A DNA stretch of 62,000 bases, taken from the NCBI RefSeq assembly GCF_004010195.1, contig NC_057719.1, positions 82,469,417-82,531,416 of the forward strand. Direction: 5' to 3'. Position 1 is the first letter of the stretch. Each line of letters starts with the position of its first letter. The position numbers and the translations under genes are program-made. Below the pieces are notes generated by a model. The model was not told the DNA's origin and ran no database searches. It worked only from the letters and a program-made list of their open reading frames with translations. Positions 35,708 through 48,604 of this stretch are shown here, piece by piece. Origin of the DNA: Chiloscyllium plagiosum. Taxonomy: Eukaryota.

Positions 35708-35933
35708 GAGAAAGTGAGGACTGCATATGCTGGAGATCAGAGCTGAAAATGTGTTGCTGGAAAAGCGCAGCAGGTCAGGCAGCATCCAAGGAACAGGAGA
35801 ATCGACGTTTCGGGCATAAGCCTATGCCCGAAACGTCGATTCTCCTGCACCTTGAATGCTGCCTGACCTGCTGTGCTTTTCCAGCAACACATTTTCAGCT
35901 CTGATCTCCAGCATCTGCAGTCTTCACTTTCTC
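35708..35933. mobile_element. Near-perfect palindromic Penelope-derived mini-element (~110-bp arms)
   Basis: Two inverted copies of the 9289 element joined at gggcataagcctatgccc. Confidence 0.88.
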
Positions 35934-35935
35934 CT

Positions 35936-37660
35936 GGACCATTAAGCTGCCAGTCCTGTCAATTCCTGAGCCACGTTTCTGTAATTGCTATGATATCCCA
36001 TTCACTTGTTCCTAACAATGCCCTGAGTTCATCTGGCTTCTCTGTTGCAGTAATTTAACAGTCTTACCTTTGTTCTCTACTTTGCCCTGCCCTGACTGTT
36101 TGACTTACTCCCTTTCCCAACTGTACCAGTCTCCGATTGATCATTTTCCTCAGAATTTCCCTGGATCCCACCTTACTAGTTTAAATCCTCCCGAGCGGCT
36201 CTAGCAAATCTCCCTGCTAATTCAGGTGCAATCCATCCTTCTTGTACAGGTCATTTCTACCCCAGAAGAGATTTCAATAATCCAAAAGTGTGAACCCTTC
36301 TCTCCTGCACCAGTCCTCAGCCACTGCATTCATCTGTTCTATCCTCCTGTTCCTACCCTCACTAGCATGTAGCACTGGGTGTAATCTAGATATTACTACC
36401 CTCAAGGGCCTCCATTTTAAATTCCTGCCTAACTTTCTGTATTCTCCCTTTTTCCTTCCTATGTTGTTGGTTCCAATGTGTATAATGACTTGTTTCTGGT
36501 TCCTATCCCTTTGAGAACATTCTGCACCCTCTCTCAGACATCCTTGATCCTGGCACCACGGAGGCAACACACCATTCTGATTTCTTGTTGCTGGCTGCAG
36601 AAACGTGTGTCTGTGCCTCTGACTAGACAGTCTCCTATTACAATCGATTCTCTTGGAACCTGACTTATCCCTCATTGCATTAGAGCCTGTCACGGTACCA
36701 GAAGCTTGGCTGTTCATCCTACATTCCCCTGAGAGTCCATCACCCCCTACCTTTTCCAAAACAGCATACTTGTTTGAAATGGGGGTAGTCACAGAAAACT
36801 CCTGCACTGCCTGCTTACCCCTCCTACCTTGCCTGGCGTTAACCCATCTACCTGACTGTATGTACGGCTTTTCTCCCTCCCTATAACTGCCATCAATCAC
36901 ACCCCCTTAGCTCTTGTAAATTCCTCATTGCCTCTAACTGTCGCTCCAACCAATCCATGCGATCCGATAGAAGTGGCAAATTACACTGCAGGCATAATCA
37001 ACAGTAACATGGAAACACTCCCTAAACTCCCACATCCGACAGGAAGAGCATATCACTCTACCAAACGTCATCTTTTGCTCCTTCACAATCTACAGACCCA
37101 GAAAATATCACTGTCCTTTTGACCTAAAAGTGCTCCAGGCTCAGTTAGTACTTATGGTTTATATTTTTTAAAAAATTAATCAGTAAGAGGGGATTTTGTA
37201 AAACATATAATCAAGAAAGAACCCACTCTGTTCACTACTGCAGACTTGCAGCGAGGTTACATGTTAAAACTATACACTTATCTGCTCCTGTGCTGTGAGT
37301 TGCCCCACACAGGTTCCTCCAAGGTCAGCTGTGAATTTTGCTGTTTATTAATTTTTCCTAGATGCACTCTGATCTCCAGAGATACATGTACTCAAACAGC
37401 AAAGGCAGTAACTGTGCAAATTCACTGCTGTGTCCGTTAGCAGTGTCTGTTTCTTTCTCTCCCTCCTGACCATGAGCTTGATACCTTTGTCTGTCTTTTC
37501 TCGTTTTAAAAGTGCTGTTGTTTTGACCTTTTTCCCCAAAGTTCCAGAAGAACGCAACAGCATATAAAACAGTAATTACTGCTCCTGGAATTTGAGGAAA
37601 TCACCTCCAACACCTAAAATACCTCAAAGGAGCAGCTCTTCCAGCCACAATTTTTCCCAT
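35936..37660 (-). mobile_element. CR1 LINE 5' part: ORF1 esterase (SGNH-like) domain and 5' UTR
   Basis: Minus strand ISNKYAVLE, decayed GDS.VRGTD...MVCCL.GARI, and VIIHIGTNNIG motifs. Confidence 0.72.
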
Positions 37661-37673
37661 CCTCCATCTTTGA

Positions 37674-37870
37674 TTACCCAAAATCCTCCATCTCCTTACA
37701 ACTTTGTTTCTCAATTTCCTGCTGACTATTAGGGTGTCTATAATACAATCCCAGTAATGTGATCATCCCATTCTTATTTCTCAGTTCCATCCAAATAACT
37801 TCCCTGGATGTATTTCCAAGTATATCCCCCCCCACCCACCCCCAATTATAGCAGTAGTGCAAACCCTTAT
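37674..37870 (-). mobile_element. CR1 ORF2 endonuclease fragment
   Basis: EVIWMELRNKNGMITLLGLYYRHPNSQ. Confidence 0.75.
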
Positions 37871-38475
37871 CAACATCTCCGTCGCTGTCATCTCAGCCAG
37901 CCTCACAACTATCGGCTCCCACTGTCATCTAGTCCAGCCTCTCAACTCTCCCTTTCATACAAAATCATCTGGATGGGTACATGAATAGGAAGGTTTTAAC
38001 GGGGTGTGGATCAAATACTGGCAAATGGGGCTAGATTAATGTTGGGGATATCTGGTTGACATGAATGAGTTGTACCAAAGGTCTGTTTCTGCACTGTACA
38101 TCTCTTATATTGATTTGGTATGAGTCCATATTTCACTTGGATCAATTTAACACCTTGTAATCCACAATATGGTTGTTCCGTTTTATTGTTTCTAACAGAT
38201 TACTACACACAAACCTATCTTAAATTGAGCTGAATGCATTTGAAGATAAGTTTTTAGATAAATATCAATGAGATAGCTCACTAATATTCCAAATTCTTCT
38301 TAAGCTCTAGATTTCAACTGTTTCCTTCCGTTCTCATACTATTATTTTTGGGTTCCTTTTGGTGCTGTTATGTTTAACTTTCTCATGTTCCAATCTGAAC
38401 ATGAAGTTAGGCCGCTGAGGCCTGATCATCTCAGTAAGATTGTGGCTGATCTGATTGCTCCACAGTCCTGCTTAG

Positions 38476-38498
38476 CCCCCCCCCCCCCCCCCCCCCCC
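38476..38498. repeat. C23 homopolymer inside a decayed CR1 3' fragment (~38410-38740, minus)
   Basis: Direct read. Confidence 0.85.
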
Positions 38499-38784
38499 AA
38501 TAACCCTTTACTCCCTTGCTTATCAAGAATCTATCTGCTTTAATATAATGCAGACTCTTCTGTTGTCATTTGAGGAAGAAAGTTGTGACCCTCTGAGGGA
38601 AAACATTATCTCCTCTCTGTTGTAAATGCCTTGACCTATTGTTTAAAAATAATTTTCCCTATTTCTGGATTCTTCCAAAGGTAAACATCCTTTCCACAGA
38701 CATTTGTCAAGACATCTTAATCTAATTATCTCTCGTTTCTTATCCCTTTCAAATTTGAGGGTGACCGAAGAAAACTTCATCTTT

Positions 38785-40412
38785 AGAGTCATAGAGATGT
38801 ACAGCATGGAAACAGACCCTTTGGTCTAACCTGTCCATGCCGACCAGATATCCCAACCCAATCTAGTCCTACCTGCCAGCACCCGGCCATATCCCTCCAA
38901 ACCCTTCCTATTCATATACCCATCCAAATGCCTTTTAAATGTTGCAATTGTACCAGCCTCCACCACATCCTCTGGCAGCTCATTCCATACACGTACCACC
39001 CTCTGCGTGAAAAAGTTGCCCCTTAGGTCTCTCTTATATCTTTCCCCTCTCACCCGAAACCTATGCCCTCTAGTTCTGGACTCCCTGTCCCCAGGGAAAT
39101 GACTTTGCCTATTTATCCTATCCATGCTCCTCTATAAGGTCACCCCTCAGCCTCTGACGCTCCAGGCAAAACCGCCTGTTCAGCTTCTCCCTGTAGCTCA
39201 GATCCTGCAACCCTGGCAACATCCTTGTAAATCTTTTCTGAACCCCTTAAGTTTCACAACATCTCTCCGATAGGAAGAAGACCAGAATTGCACACAATAT
39301 TCCAACAGTGGCCTAACCCATGTCCTGTACAGCCGTAACATGACCTCCCAACTCCTGTATTCAATACTCTGACCAATAAAGGAAAGTATACCAAGTGCCT
39401 TCTTCACTATCCTATCTACCTGCGACTCCACTTTCAAGGAGCTATGAACCTGCACTCCAAGGTCCCTTTGTTCAGGACCTTGCCATTAAGTGTATAAGTC
39501 ATGCTAAGATTTGCTTTCCCAAAATGCAGCACCTCGCATTTATCTGAATTAAACTCCATCTGCCACTTCTCAGCCCATTGGCCCATCTGGTCCAGATCCT
39601 GTTGTAATCTGAGGTAACCCTCTTTGCTGACCACGACACCTCCAATTTTGGTGTCATCTGCAAACTTACTAACTGTACCTCTAATGCTCGCATACAAATC
39701 ATTTATGTAAATGACAAAAAGTAGAGGGCCCAGCATCGATTCTTGTGGCACTCCACTGGTCACAGGCCTCCAGTCTGAAAAACAACCCTCCACCACCACC
39801 CTCTGTCTTCTACCTTTTGAGCCAGTTCTGTATCCAAATGGCTAGTTCTCCCTGTATTCCATGAGATCTAACATTGCTAATCAATCTCTCATGGGGAACC
39901 TTGTCGAACGCCTTACTGAAGTCCTTATAGATCACATCTACTGCTCTGCCCTCATCAATCTTCTTTGTTACTTCATCAAAAAACTCAATCAAGTTTGAGA
40001 GACATGATTGCTCACACACAAAGCTATGTTGACTATCCCTAATCAGTCCTTGCCTTTCCAAATACATGTACATCCTGTCACTCAGGATTCCCTCCAACAA
40101 CTTGCCCACCACTGAGGTCAGGCTCACCGGTCTATAGTTCCCTGGCTTGTCCTTACCACCCTTCTTAAACAGTGGCACCATGTTTGCCAACCTCCAGTCT
40201 TCCGGCATCTCACCTGTGACTATCAATGATACAAATATCTCAGCAAGAGGCCCAGCAATCACTTCTCTCGCTTCCCACAGAATTCTGGGGTACACCTGAT
40301 CAGGTCCTGGGGATTTATTCACCTTTAACCATTTCAAGACATCTAGCACTTCCTCCTCTGTAATCTGGACATTTTGCAAGATGTCGCCAACTATTTCCCT
40401 ACAGTCTATATA
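38785..40412 (-). mobile_element. 5'-truncated CR1-clade LINE, ORF2 RT to 3' tail, relatively young
   Basis: SPGPDQVYPR, NYRPVSLTSVVGK, DFSKAFDKVPH, GVPQ.S.LGP, KFADDTK; tail tctatgactcta on the minus strand. Confidence 0.95.
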
Positions 40413-40901
40413 CGGATTAGATCATAATCATTAGCCATTATTATTGCCTGTCCAGCAGTCGCAACCTTTCAGTCTTTAACATGAGTTCTTAATACAGTTG
40501 GCAGTGTTTTAAAAATTCCTCCTGAGGATAGTGTCTCTAAGAGCTTAATATGTAGTTCTTTATAAAACTTTTATTCATCTAACCCTTTCAAATTCAATAT
40601 AGGATTGATCAGGCTGGTTCCGTAAACTCCAGAATCTTTGCCTAGATGTCTCTGCTAATTTCTCTGAAGTAAATTTAATTATCTTCACTGAGAAACCACT
40701 TCTGACAGTGAAGCATGTTTTTTTGTGCTATATGGTCAAATTATTCACATAAGCATTGCCCAGTCTTTTCCTACATCATCTACTTCAATACCTGCCGTCT
40801 TCTGTTCAACTGTTCTATTTTAACGTAATATTCACGCAACTTTGCTTTGTCTTTCTCTTGCACTTTTAATTCTAGTATTCTCAATTGATTAGTTTACATC
40901 A

Positions 40902-41185
40902 GATTAGATTACTTACAGTGTGAAAACAGGCCCTTCAGCCCAACAAGTCCACACCGACCCTCCAAAGAGCAACCCACCCAGACCCATTCCCCTACGTTTA
41001 CTTCTTCACCTAACACTGCGGGCATTTAGCAAGGCCAGTTCACCTAACCTGCACATCTTTGGACTGTGGGAGGAAATCCACGCAGACACTGGGAGAATGT
41101 GCAGGCTCCACACAGTTGCCTGAGGCAGGAATTGAACCCAGGTCTCTGGCGCTCTGAGGCAGCAATGCTTGCCACCGTGCCACCC
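40902..41185 (-). mobile_element. HE1 SINE
   Basis: (GATTA)n tail and HE1 body. Confidence 0.9.
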
Positions 41186-41269
41186 CTGTTCTCTCCTTTC
41201 CATCTCCCGTTCCTTATTTTTTCCTGCCATCTATAGTTTCTTCTTTCCTCCTTTGGGCTTTCTGCGATA

Positions 41270-41420
41270 GCCTAGTGGTATTATCTCTGGATTGTTAACA
41301 CAGCAAAGCCAGGTAATATTCTGGGGAGACGGGTTCGATTCCCACCACACCACGACAATGATAGTATGTGAATGCAATAAATGCCTAGAATTAAAAAGAC
41401 GTTGTCTGAAAAACCCATCT
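41270..41420 (+). mobile_element. Second tRNA-derived SINE head (non-HE1)
   Basis: A-box tagcctagtggta and B-box gggttcgattccc, followed by non-tRNA sequence. Confidence 0.55.
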
Positions 41421-41427
41421 GTTTGTG

Positions 41428-41746
41428 GGCGGCATGGTGGCACAGTGGTTAGCCCTGTTGCCTCACTGCGCCAGAGACCCGGGTTCAATTCCCGCCTGAG
41501 GCGACTGACTGTGTGGAGTTTGCACATTCTCCCTGTGTCTGCGGGGTTTCCTCCGGGTGCTCCGGTTTCCTCCCACAATCCAAAAAAAAATGTCCAGGTT
41601 AGGCGAATTGGCCATGCTAAATTGCCCGTAGTGTTAGGTGAAGAGGTAAATGTAGGGGAATGGGTCTGGGTGGGTTATGCTTCGGCGGGTCGGTGTGGAC
41701 TTGTTGTGCCGAAGGGCCTGTTTCCACACTGTAAGTAATCTAATCT
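41428..41746 (+). mobile_element. HE1 SINE, full length
   Basis: ggcggcatggtggcacagtgg...ccacactgtaagtaatctaatct. Confidence 0.93.
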
Positions 41747-43149
41747 CATGCTCAAACTGCTTCAGCTGTAACTGAATGCCACTTGTTTCTGACAACTTAC
41801 TAACCGAAGTACTTCACCTCTTTTGTTTTTCCTCTAAAACCAAGTAACATACTAGTACCTCAATTATCTCTACATTTTAGCTCTGTCAAGCAGGGCTACC
41901 TCTAGTTTGTCCGCCAGTCAACCAAGCTTGGTTTTGAAATTTCCTTTAAGACTGCCAGCAAAAATCCTTTGCTTTTTCCAGTGTCATACCTTCAATATTA
42001 TATAGATCCTGGTGCTTTCTTTCATCTGTATTACTGAGCAATACTACACCCAAATCTTCATTGCTTCTGCTTCCAATCCAATCTCAGGTGCTTCCACTGG
42101 TTGGTAAAAAGACACAAGAGGCAGGTTTCCTTACAAAAAAGTCTCTGACTCGTCAGTTAAAAATCACACCTTATAGCAACTATTGCAGGAAAGATACTTC
42201 ATTTTTCAGGTTTACAGTGAATTTTGATTGCAGAGAACAGAGACTGCTCCTGAGCTGGGAAAGGACTGAACATTGTTCACTCTCTCTCCTTCTCTGTATC
42301 GTGTTCACAACTCCAAGCTGTTCAGTTACTTGAGAACCAATCCCGCTCTGACTGCCAATTGTCTGCAACTCCATTTTAATTACTATGTTGTTCAAACATT
42401 TGTTTCTGATACTTGTCATGGATGTCAGGTTACTTGCTTTCAAAACTGCTGCCGCTTTATAAAACACTAATTTTTAAAACTCATCCTCCAGTTTTTAAAA
42501 ACACAAAATAAAAAGATATGTTCCTTGCAAAAGATAGCAACCATACCTTTACTTCCTTTTTCCGGTCATTTATATAAATTTTGAAAAGTTAAGGGTCCAG
42601 CACTGATCATTGTGGCATACTCTCCCATTACATTTTTCCACCTGTCAAAAACCCATTTCTGCCTGTTATATTTCCTGCTAGCTAACCAATTTTCTATTTT
42701 GGTGTGAGACCTCTGCGACAGTGACAGAAAGCTGTCTGGAAGTGTAAACAATGCACCCAGCATCTTAGTGTGTATGCTGTTCACGTTCTCCTATATGTCA
42801 TCTCTAATCCTGACCCAAAAGAGGTACTTACCTGAGTCCTGTTCAGCAAAACCCATTGATGTGCTCGTCGCAACAATTACTTGGCTGCTAACTGAACCCT
42901 TGGTTAGCCAGGAGTGGATGAGATGGGGAGTACTGCTAGCGGCTTTTGGCCCCACAGTTTAATCCGGTAAACGAGTGCTAACTTTCCATGGTGCCTACTT
43001 CCACCTCGGTCAGTGCAGGCAGTCCATGCATTGTGACCCCCTTACCCAAGAAAGTAGTGTGCATCAGTTTGTAGGCTAGTCAGTTTTATTGATAATGTTT
43101 GAGGGATAAATGTTGATCACATCACCAAAGAGAAATGGCTTGCTGTTAC

Positions 43150-43252
43150 TCGGATGCTCAGTCAAGATTAGAGTGGTGCTGGAAAAGCACAGCAGGTCAG
43201 GCAGCATCTGAAGAGCAGGAAAATCGACGTTAAGGGGGGAGCCCTTCATCAG
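43150..43252 (-). mobile_element. Penelope-derived mini-element with partial hammerhead motif
   Basis: Minus strand ctgatgaagggctcccccc-ttaacgtcgatttt (CUGAUGA kept, GAAA lost). Confidence 0.7.
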
Positions 43253-43891
43253 CAACTATTTCTTCACATTTTGTTTAGTATTGCAGAGGTTCCTTCTGAC
43301 TTCTGAGATGAAAAGATCCTATAGGAGAATAGGAAATGTTTTGTGGCCAGTGTTTACAATTCAAGCAACATCCAACATTTTCAAAAAATCTTAACTAATC
43401 ATTATAATTTATTTTTGTTGGAATTTGCTACGTATAAATTGGCTGTTGTGTTTCTGACATTGCAGCAATGATTATACTTAAGTACTTCAGTTGTAAAGCA
43501 CTTTTGGACTTTGTGAGTTTGTGAAAGAGTGTATAAATGCTTTTTAAAACAAAAGAATTTTGTCTTTCCCTTTTTCACTTTGTTTCTCAAAACCTGGACC
43601 ATTATAATGCCAATTTGTATAGGAGGTAGGTTGAATAGCTGTGGGAACTGAGTGATGATTTAGTAGGAGGAAATAAGGGAACTTGACTGTGGGGCATTTG
43701 CTTCAGACATTGGCATTCAGAGCTCAAACAAACTATTGGATTAGGATTATGTAAGGAGTGGTTCACTTCTGTTCATTTTGCATAAAATCCACATTTTTGA
43801 ATTTCTTGACTTTTTAAACAAGACTAAAATAGTTATGTTTGTGTTTACTTCTGAATTGTTTGTTATTCTCTCATTTAAATATTTTTTTCAG

Positions 43892-43958
43892 GATGCCTTG
43901 CAGTCCCACCTGGTTGAGCAGGTACCAGAGAACTCGAGTGATCTCATCCATCAGACAG
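43892..43958 (+). CDS. MGA: MGA exon 4 (DALQSHLVEQVPENSSDLIHQT)
   Basis: tttttttcAG / ACAG|GTATGA; phase 0 to 1 fits neighbours; resembles EALDIHAV of mammalian MGA. Confidence 0.8.
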
Positions 43959-44199
43959 GTATGAACCATAAAAATTCTCCATTTTGTTGTGTGCAGAGCA
44001 ATGATGCTGGTAGCCAGATTAACCTGAGTTAATTAACCTGGAGTTCAATAAGTTTCTCTGTATGCTATTTATTCAAGTTTTATTTTACTAGAACCTTGCT
44101 GTTGCTTCTGATGAGAGCTACGTTACAGTTCTAAATTCAGTAATAGAAATGAGCAAAATCGACAAGAAAGTTTCCAACTAACTGAATGCATGTTCTAGA

Positions 44200-44735
44200 A
44201 GAAAACAAACTAAAATTACTGGAGAAACTGAGCTGGTCTGGCGGCACTGTGTATAGCATGCAAAGTCAATGTTTCAGGTGTCAAGTCCCTTCATCAGAAC
44301 GAGTAGCAGCTAATAAAAGATGGTATGTAAGCTAAACACAGGGCCTAGGTGCAAAGGAGTACATGACAGTGAAGATGGAGCCCAGAGAAAGGAACAGGCA
44401 AACAAAGAGTTGGGTACTGGTATGCCAGGGATGAAGAAAAGCTGACAATGGAGACCATAAGTGGGTGAGAATGGGTTGGCTAACACTGACTGACTGACAA
44501 TGAAAGTAATGATGGTAGACAAGAAGAAAGATTAGAATAGAAATTGAATTGGAGAGAGGAGCAGAACTTCAAGGTAGGCATACCTGGAAGAGATGTGACA
44601 GTGAGTTAAACACTAAAATAAAGGCAAGAGCTGTAGATGCTGGAAATCTGAAACAAAAACAGAAATTGCTGGAGAAACATTGACTCTGCTTTATTTGAAT
44701 TTATCCATCAATTTCTGCTTTTGTTTCAATGTTCT
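44200..44735 (-). mobile_element. Penelope pseudo-LTR fragments including a hammerhead motif and a small fold-back (44615-44735)
   Basis: Shares aaattgctggagaaact arms with 24470 and 29640. Confidence 0.6.
44265..44300 (-). ncRNA. Minimal hammerhead ribozyme motif, core boxes intact
   Basis: Minus strand GUU-CUGAUGA-AGGG(ACUUGAC)ACCU-GAAAC-AUU-GAC; 3-bp stem I GUU/GAC; weak stem II. Confidence 0.55.
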
Positions 44736-45429
44736 AGGAGACAGCACACAATTTGTGATATTGCGAAAGCTGTTTTTTTCACTACAATTAATAAAGGCTT
44801 TCAGTGCCCTATACATGGCAATAGTATATGGTATAATTCTTTCCTCAAAGATAGATAAATGGGAGCAAAATGACAACATGGGATAGGAATGGCCATTTAG
44901 TTCAGTAGCCAGATTTGTTCTTATGATCGCATAATCATAGTTTTTACCCCGTCATGAATATTCTGTGAAAATGCATTGTGAACTTCTGTTGAACTACGTG
45001 TTGCAATGGTAAATGAAACCGGTCTGTAAAATACATGTCTAACTTTTGGATTCTGCGTGAAACATCAGACTAATTTGGCTTCTTTATAAAACACTTTCAT
45101 GGTTGAATTCACACAGCATTTAATTATGTAACTATATTTGTCTCTATAATCTTTACAAACCAATTGTTCAAATAGCTCTCTTTGTAAGCATGGTATCTAG
45201 TAGGATGTTGATATTCCAGTTTAGTCAAATTTTGCATATTAACTTGGAGTATGGGGAGATGCCTTCATATGTGAAGTTTTGTTGAGTACTCTGTTTGGCA
45301 GTGTGTGGGTTGATTGACTTTAATGGGGAAGTCAAATTTGAGATTTAAGTCCAATCTATTTTGATTCCTTTTCCTGTTTGTACTCGCTATGCTTTTTTGA
45401 AAATGTGATGTTACTTTTCATTCTTGCAG

Positions 45430-45537
45430 TTCCCCAAGAAAGTGCTGAGGAGAAAATTGAAAGACTGGAAGAGAAGCTAATTGAAGACTTAACTCATTTT
45501 GACTCCAGAGTCATTATGCACCCATCACTTAAAACAG
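45430..45537 (+). CDS. MGA: MGA exon 5 (VPQESAEEKIERLEEKLIEDLTHFDSRVIMHPSLKT)
   Basis: ttcttgcAG / ACAG|GTGACT, phase 1-1; similar to ISQLEKELIEDL...HPGL. Confidence 0.9.
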
Positions 45538-45662
45538 GTGACTAAGATTGATATAACAAAGCATGAAAGCCAATCTGCTTATCAGAGATTGTAAAGTAGA
45601 TGTTTAGAAGTGATTTGAGATGTATCTAGTCGGCTTGATTTCCAGTATGATTTGATCAATTT

Positions 45663-45927
45663 CATAGAACATAGAAGAATACAGCGCAGTACAGGCCCTT
45701 CGGCCCTCGATGTTGCGCCAATCCAAGCCCACCTAACCTACACTAGCCCACTATCCTCCATATGCCTATCCAATGCCTGCTTAAATACCCATAATGAGGG
45801 AGAGTCCACCACTGCTACTGGCAGGGCATTCCATGAACTCACGACTCGCTGAGTAAAGAACCTACCCCTAACATCTGTCCTATACCTACCCCCCCTTAAT
45901 TTAAAGCTATGCCCCCTTGTAATAGCT
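45663..45927 (-). mobile_element. CR1 LINE 3' fragment (different subfamily)
   Basis: TRGHSFKLRGGRYRTDVRGRFFTQRVV..WNALP; catagaacatagaa tail. Confidence 0.88.
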
Positions 45928-46041
45928 GAAATCATGTGATCATTTATATGTTGCACCTTTTAAATTCTATGAAAAACAAACTGTTTTGGTTTGTTTTGTA
46001 AGGCTTTAGGTCTGATTTAAATGAATGTGTTCTTCCTATAG

Positions 46042-46197
46042 GTGGTGTTAAACCAAGTTCCCTGATGTCAAAAGTCAGCCTAAACTTGAAGCATTTGGGA
46101 ATTGTATTACTTCCTCCACCAGCAGGATTTGTTAAACCTGGATGCAGAGATGCCTTAGAATGCTCACCCTCCACACAAACTGACCAGAGACCTCCAG
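46042..46197 (+). CDS. MGA: MGA exon 6
   Basis: cttcctatAG / CCAG|GTGAGC, phase 1-1; SLNLKHLGIVL resembles SIDLKYLGVQL. Confidence 0.88.
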
Positions 46198-47575
46198 GTG
46201 AGCAAGCAGCCAATTTAGTGAAGCATGACCGGTCCTGTACTAAATAAAAATGTTTGATACCATTCATTGATTGGGCCCACATTCTGTTCTTCCCTCATCC
46301 GTATCAGTATTGACTTTTAGTCATTGGGATTGGACTGAACTGTTTCTGTCAGTGTCTATCAAGATTTGAATTATTTTTTTCTAAAGATTTTAATTTAAAA
46401 TTCAGAGACAAGACTGAATTCAAACTCAGTTTAAATATTGAAGCACTGATTAGTCTTCCAGACCATTTTTAAAAATTGATGTTAGAACTTCGAATGTAAT
46501 TAACCACTTAATATTTGTTCAAGCTTAATAATTAAGTGGATTTCAGTTTTGTGACAAAGCAAATAATGGTATTTGTGAGATATGAATAAAATTAGTAATA
46601 TGTCTCCATTTAAATCAAATGGCTTTATTTTTCAATGAAAGCTCTGCAACTAAATTGGAAAGGAGCTATGCTAGTATTGACTTTTCCTGATAACTGAAAT
46701 CGTTCTGCTCACAACACATCTTGACTCTTATTACATGTTGAGGATGTATCAAACTGAGACCATGAAATTTGGAGGGCTGTACTTAAAGGGTGAAGCTCAT
46801 GTTGGGTATTTGAGTCACACTGTTAGATGTTTAAGGCCTGCTTACCTGTTCTGTATAGATATATAAATCTAACCACAACTATGCTTAATATTTTTCATAA
46901 TAGAAATCTTAAACACTATAATTCCCTATTTTTGTTCTGGTTAAGTTTCTTCTTTTTCCAAAAACAATTTATCATTGGCCTCCATCCCTACCTGTCAGTT
47001 TGGGCATGCCATTCCAGAGTGCAGTGTGTGATGTTATAAAAGCTGTGTTTTCTAACATGTAATAAAGCCTGTCAGTACCCTACATGTGGCAACAATGTAA
47101 GATGTGACTCGTTTTTCAAAGATGCAAAAATTGGAACAGAAGGACAACATGAGATAAGAACGGCTATTTAATATAACAAGTTGTGGGATAGCTGTTCACC
47201 CTCAGTCCATTCGAGCAGTTTGGTGTTTGAGAGTTGATTCAGCCTTAGATTAACCTTTTGTATCTTCACCCTGTTCAGAACTTTTTTTTAAAAGAAAAGG
47301 CACAACGGTATACATTATTCTTCCCTTTTCCACTTTTGTAAGCAGAATGTATTTTTCTGGAAGATACTGTTTTTTTCAGACTAACTGTAAATCAGGATTC
47401 TTAAAGTAACCAGAAATGTGATCAGAAATGAGGCTTGATTAACCTTTACTTCTCTTTACTTTCAATTTAAATTTGTACAGTAACAATAGCCACTAATTTT
47501 AGATGAGAATTTTTGTTTTGTGCAGTTACTGATGTCTCCTTTTAACATGTGTTTTTCTTAATAAACATTCAACAG

Positions 47576-47695
47576 AAGAAGAAATTCCATTTATTTCCAG
47601 AACAGGAAAAACAAATGATTTTACAAAACTGAAGGGTTGGAAACAAAAACTTGCACAGCAGACTGGGGCATCTGTTTCCAAACAGACTGAAGCAA
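47576..47695 (+). CDS. MGA: MGA exon 7
   Basis: PFISRTGKTNDFTKLKGW strongly conserved; acceptor caacAG, donor A|GTAAGT, phase 1-1. Confidence 0.92.
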
Positions 47696-48604
47696 GTAAG
47701 TTCTTCAAATTGGTGCGCTCTTGTGACTGAAAACGTTCATGGGGCTAATTTTCAACTGGCACCCAACTGGATTGATTGCCACCTGATTATTTTTTCTCTT
47801 TTCACTCTGTTGAAATTAGTTTACCAAAAATTAACACATGTTTGTGAGGGGCAAACAATTTGTTTGAAGTACATTTTACATCCAGACAACAAAATTGAAA
47901 GCCATCCCAACGTCATTCTTCCAACCCCACTTCAAAGAACAGAAGCTGCTGCTATCACCTGACCTCCCCAATTCCCATCCCATCATGAATTAGCTAAATT
48001 TCTCCCATGCTTAATAGCCTGCACTATTTTTTCTATTCTGCAACCTGTCAACCCAGTTGCTTTTATCCTTACCTAGATGTTTAGTCATTGCAGTACTTGA
48101 CCAGGCCATCTGTTACTCTTCTACAGTGAGCTGCTTGTTCTTTGGGATCTGGTGACTCCATCAAATGAGTTGCAATATAAGGGGGGGCCTCAAGCCTTCA
48201 CCTGTCAGGTGCTGGGATAGATCCAGGTAGCAAATGTATTTCATTATATGGACATTAACAGTTGGATTTGATATCAAGGAAGAAATTCAATATTTAACCT
48301 GGTCTTTTTCTTTTAGCAGATCATGTCAATACATCTCTTGAGCAAAGTGCCTGCAGCTATGTGACAGCAAGTTATGCTGCTTATTGTTTTTTAATTCATT
48401 TAAATTTTGCTATGCAAAAGTCAAAGCTAGCTTTCCCAAAGCAACTCAATTCAGATTGTGGCCGGAGGTATATTACAGAATTGCATACCAGCCATCAGGC
48501 TTGTGGGGAGAAGGGGGAACTATGCTGCTTCCATCAATGAAAATTTCTTTGAGCTCAAAAACAGTAATAAGTGAACTGATTCTTTGTTTTGGTGTTTGTT
48601 CCAG

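Noticed and set aside
36274..36900. 208-aa antisense ORF as a nested gene
   Set aside because: Frameshifted CR1 ORF1 esterase relic.
41270..41500. tRNA-like A/B boxes here and in the HE1 heads
   Set aside because: No complete cloverleaf; they continue into SINE bodies.
41231..41738. Recurrent ORFs such as WEETGAPGGNP / WSLHILPVSA
   Set aside because: Translations of HE1 SINE copies.
47692..47697. Possible GC donor (GAA|GCAAGT) for exon 7
   Set aside because: Gives phase 0, incompatible with exon 8; the GT donor at 47696 restores the frame.
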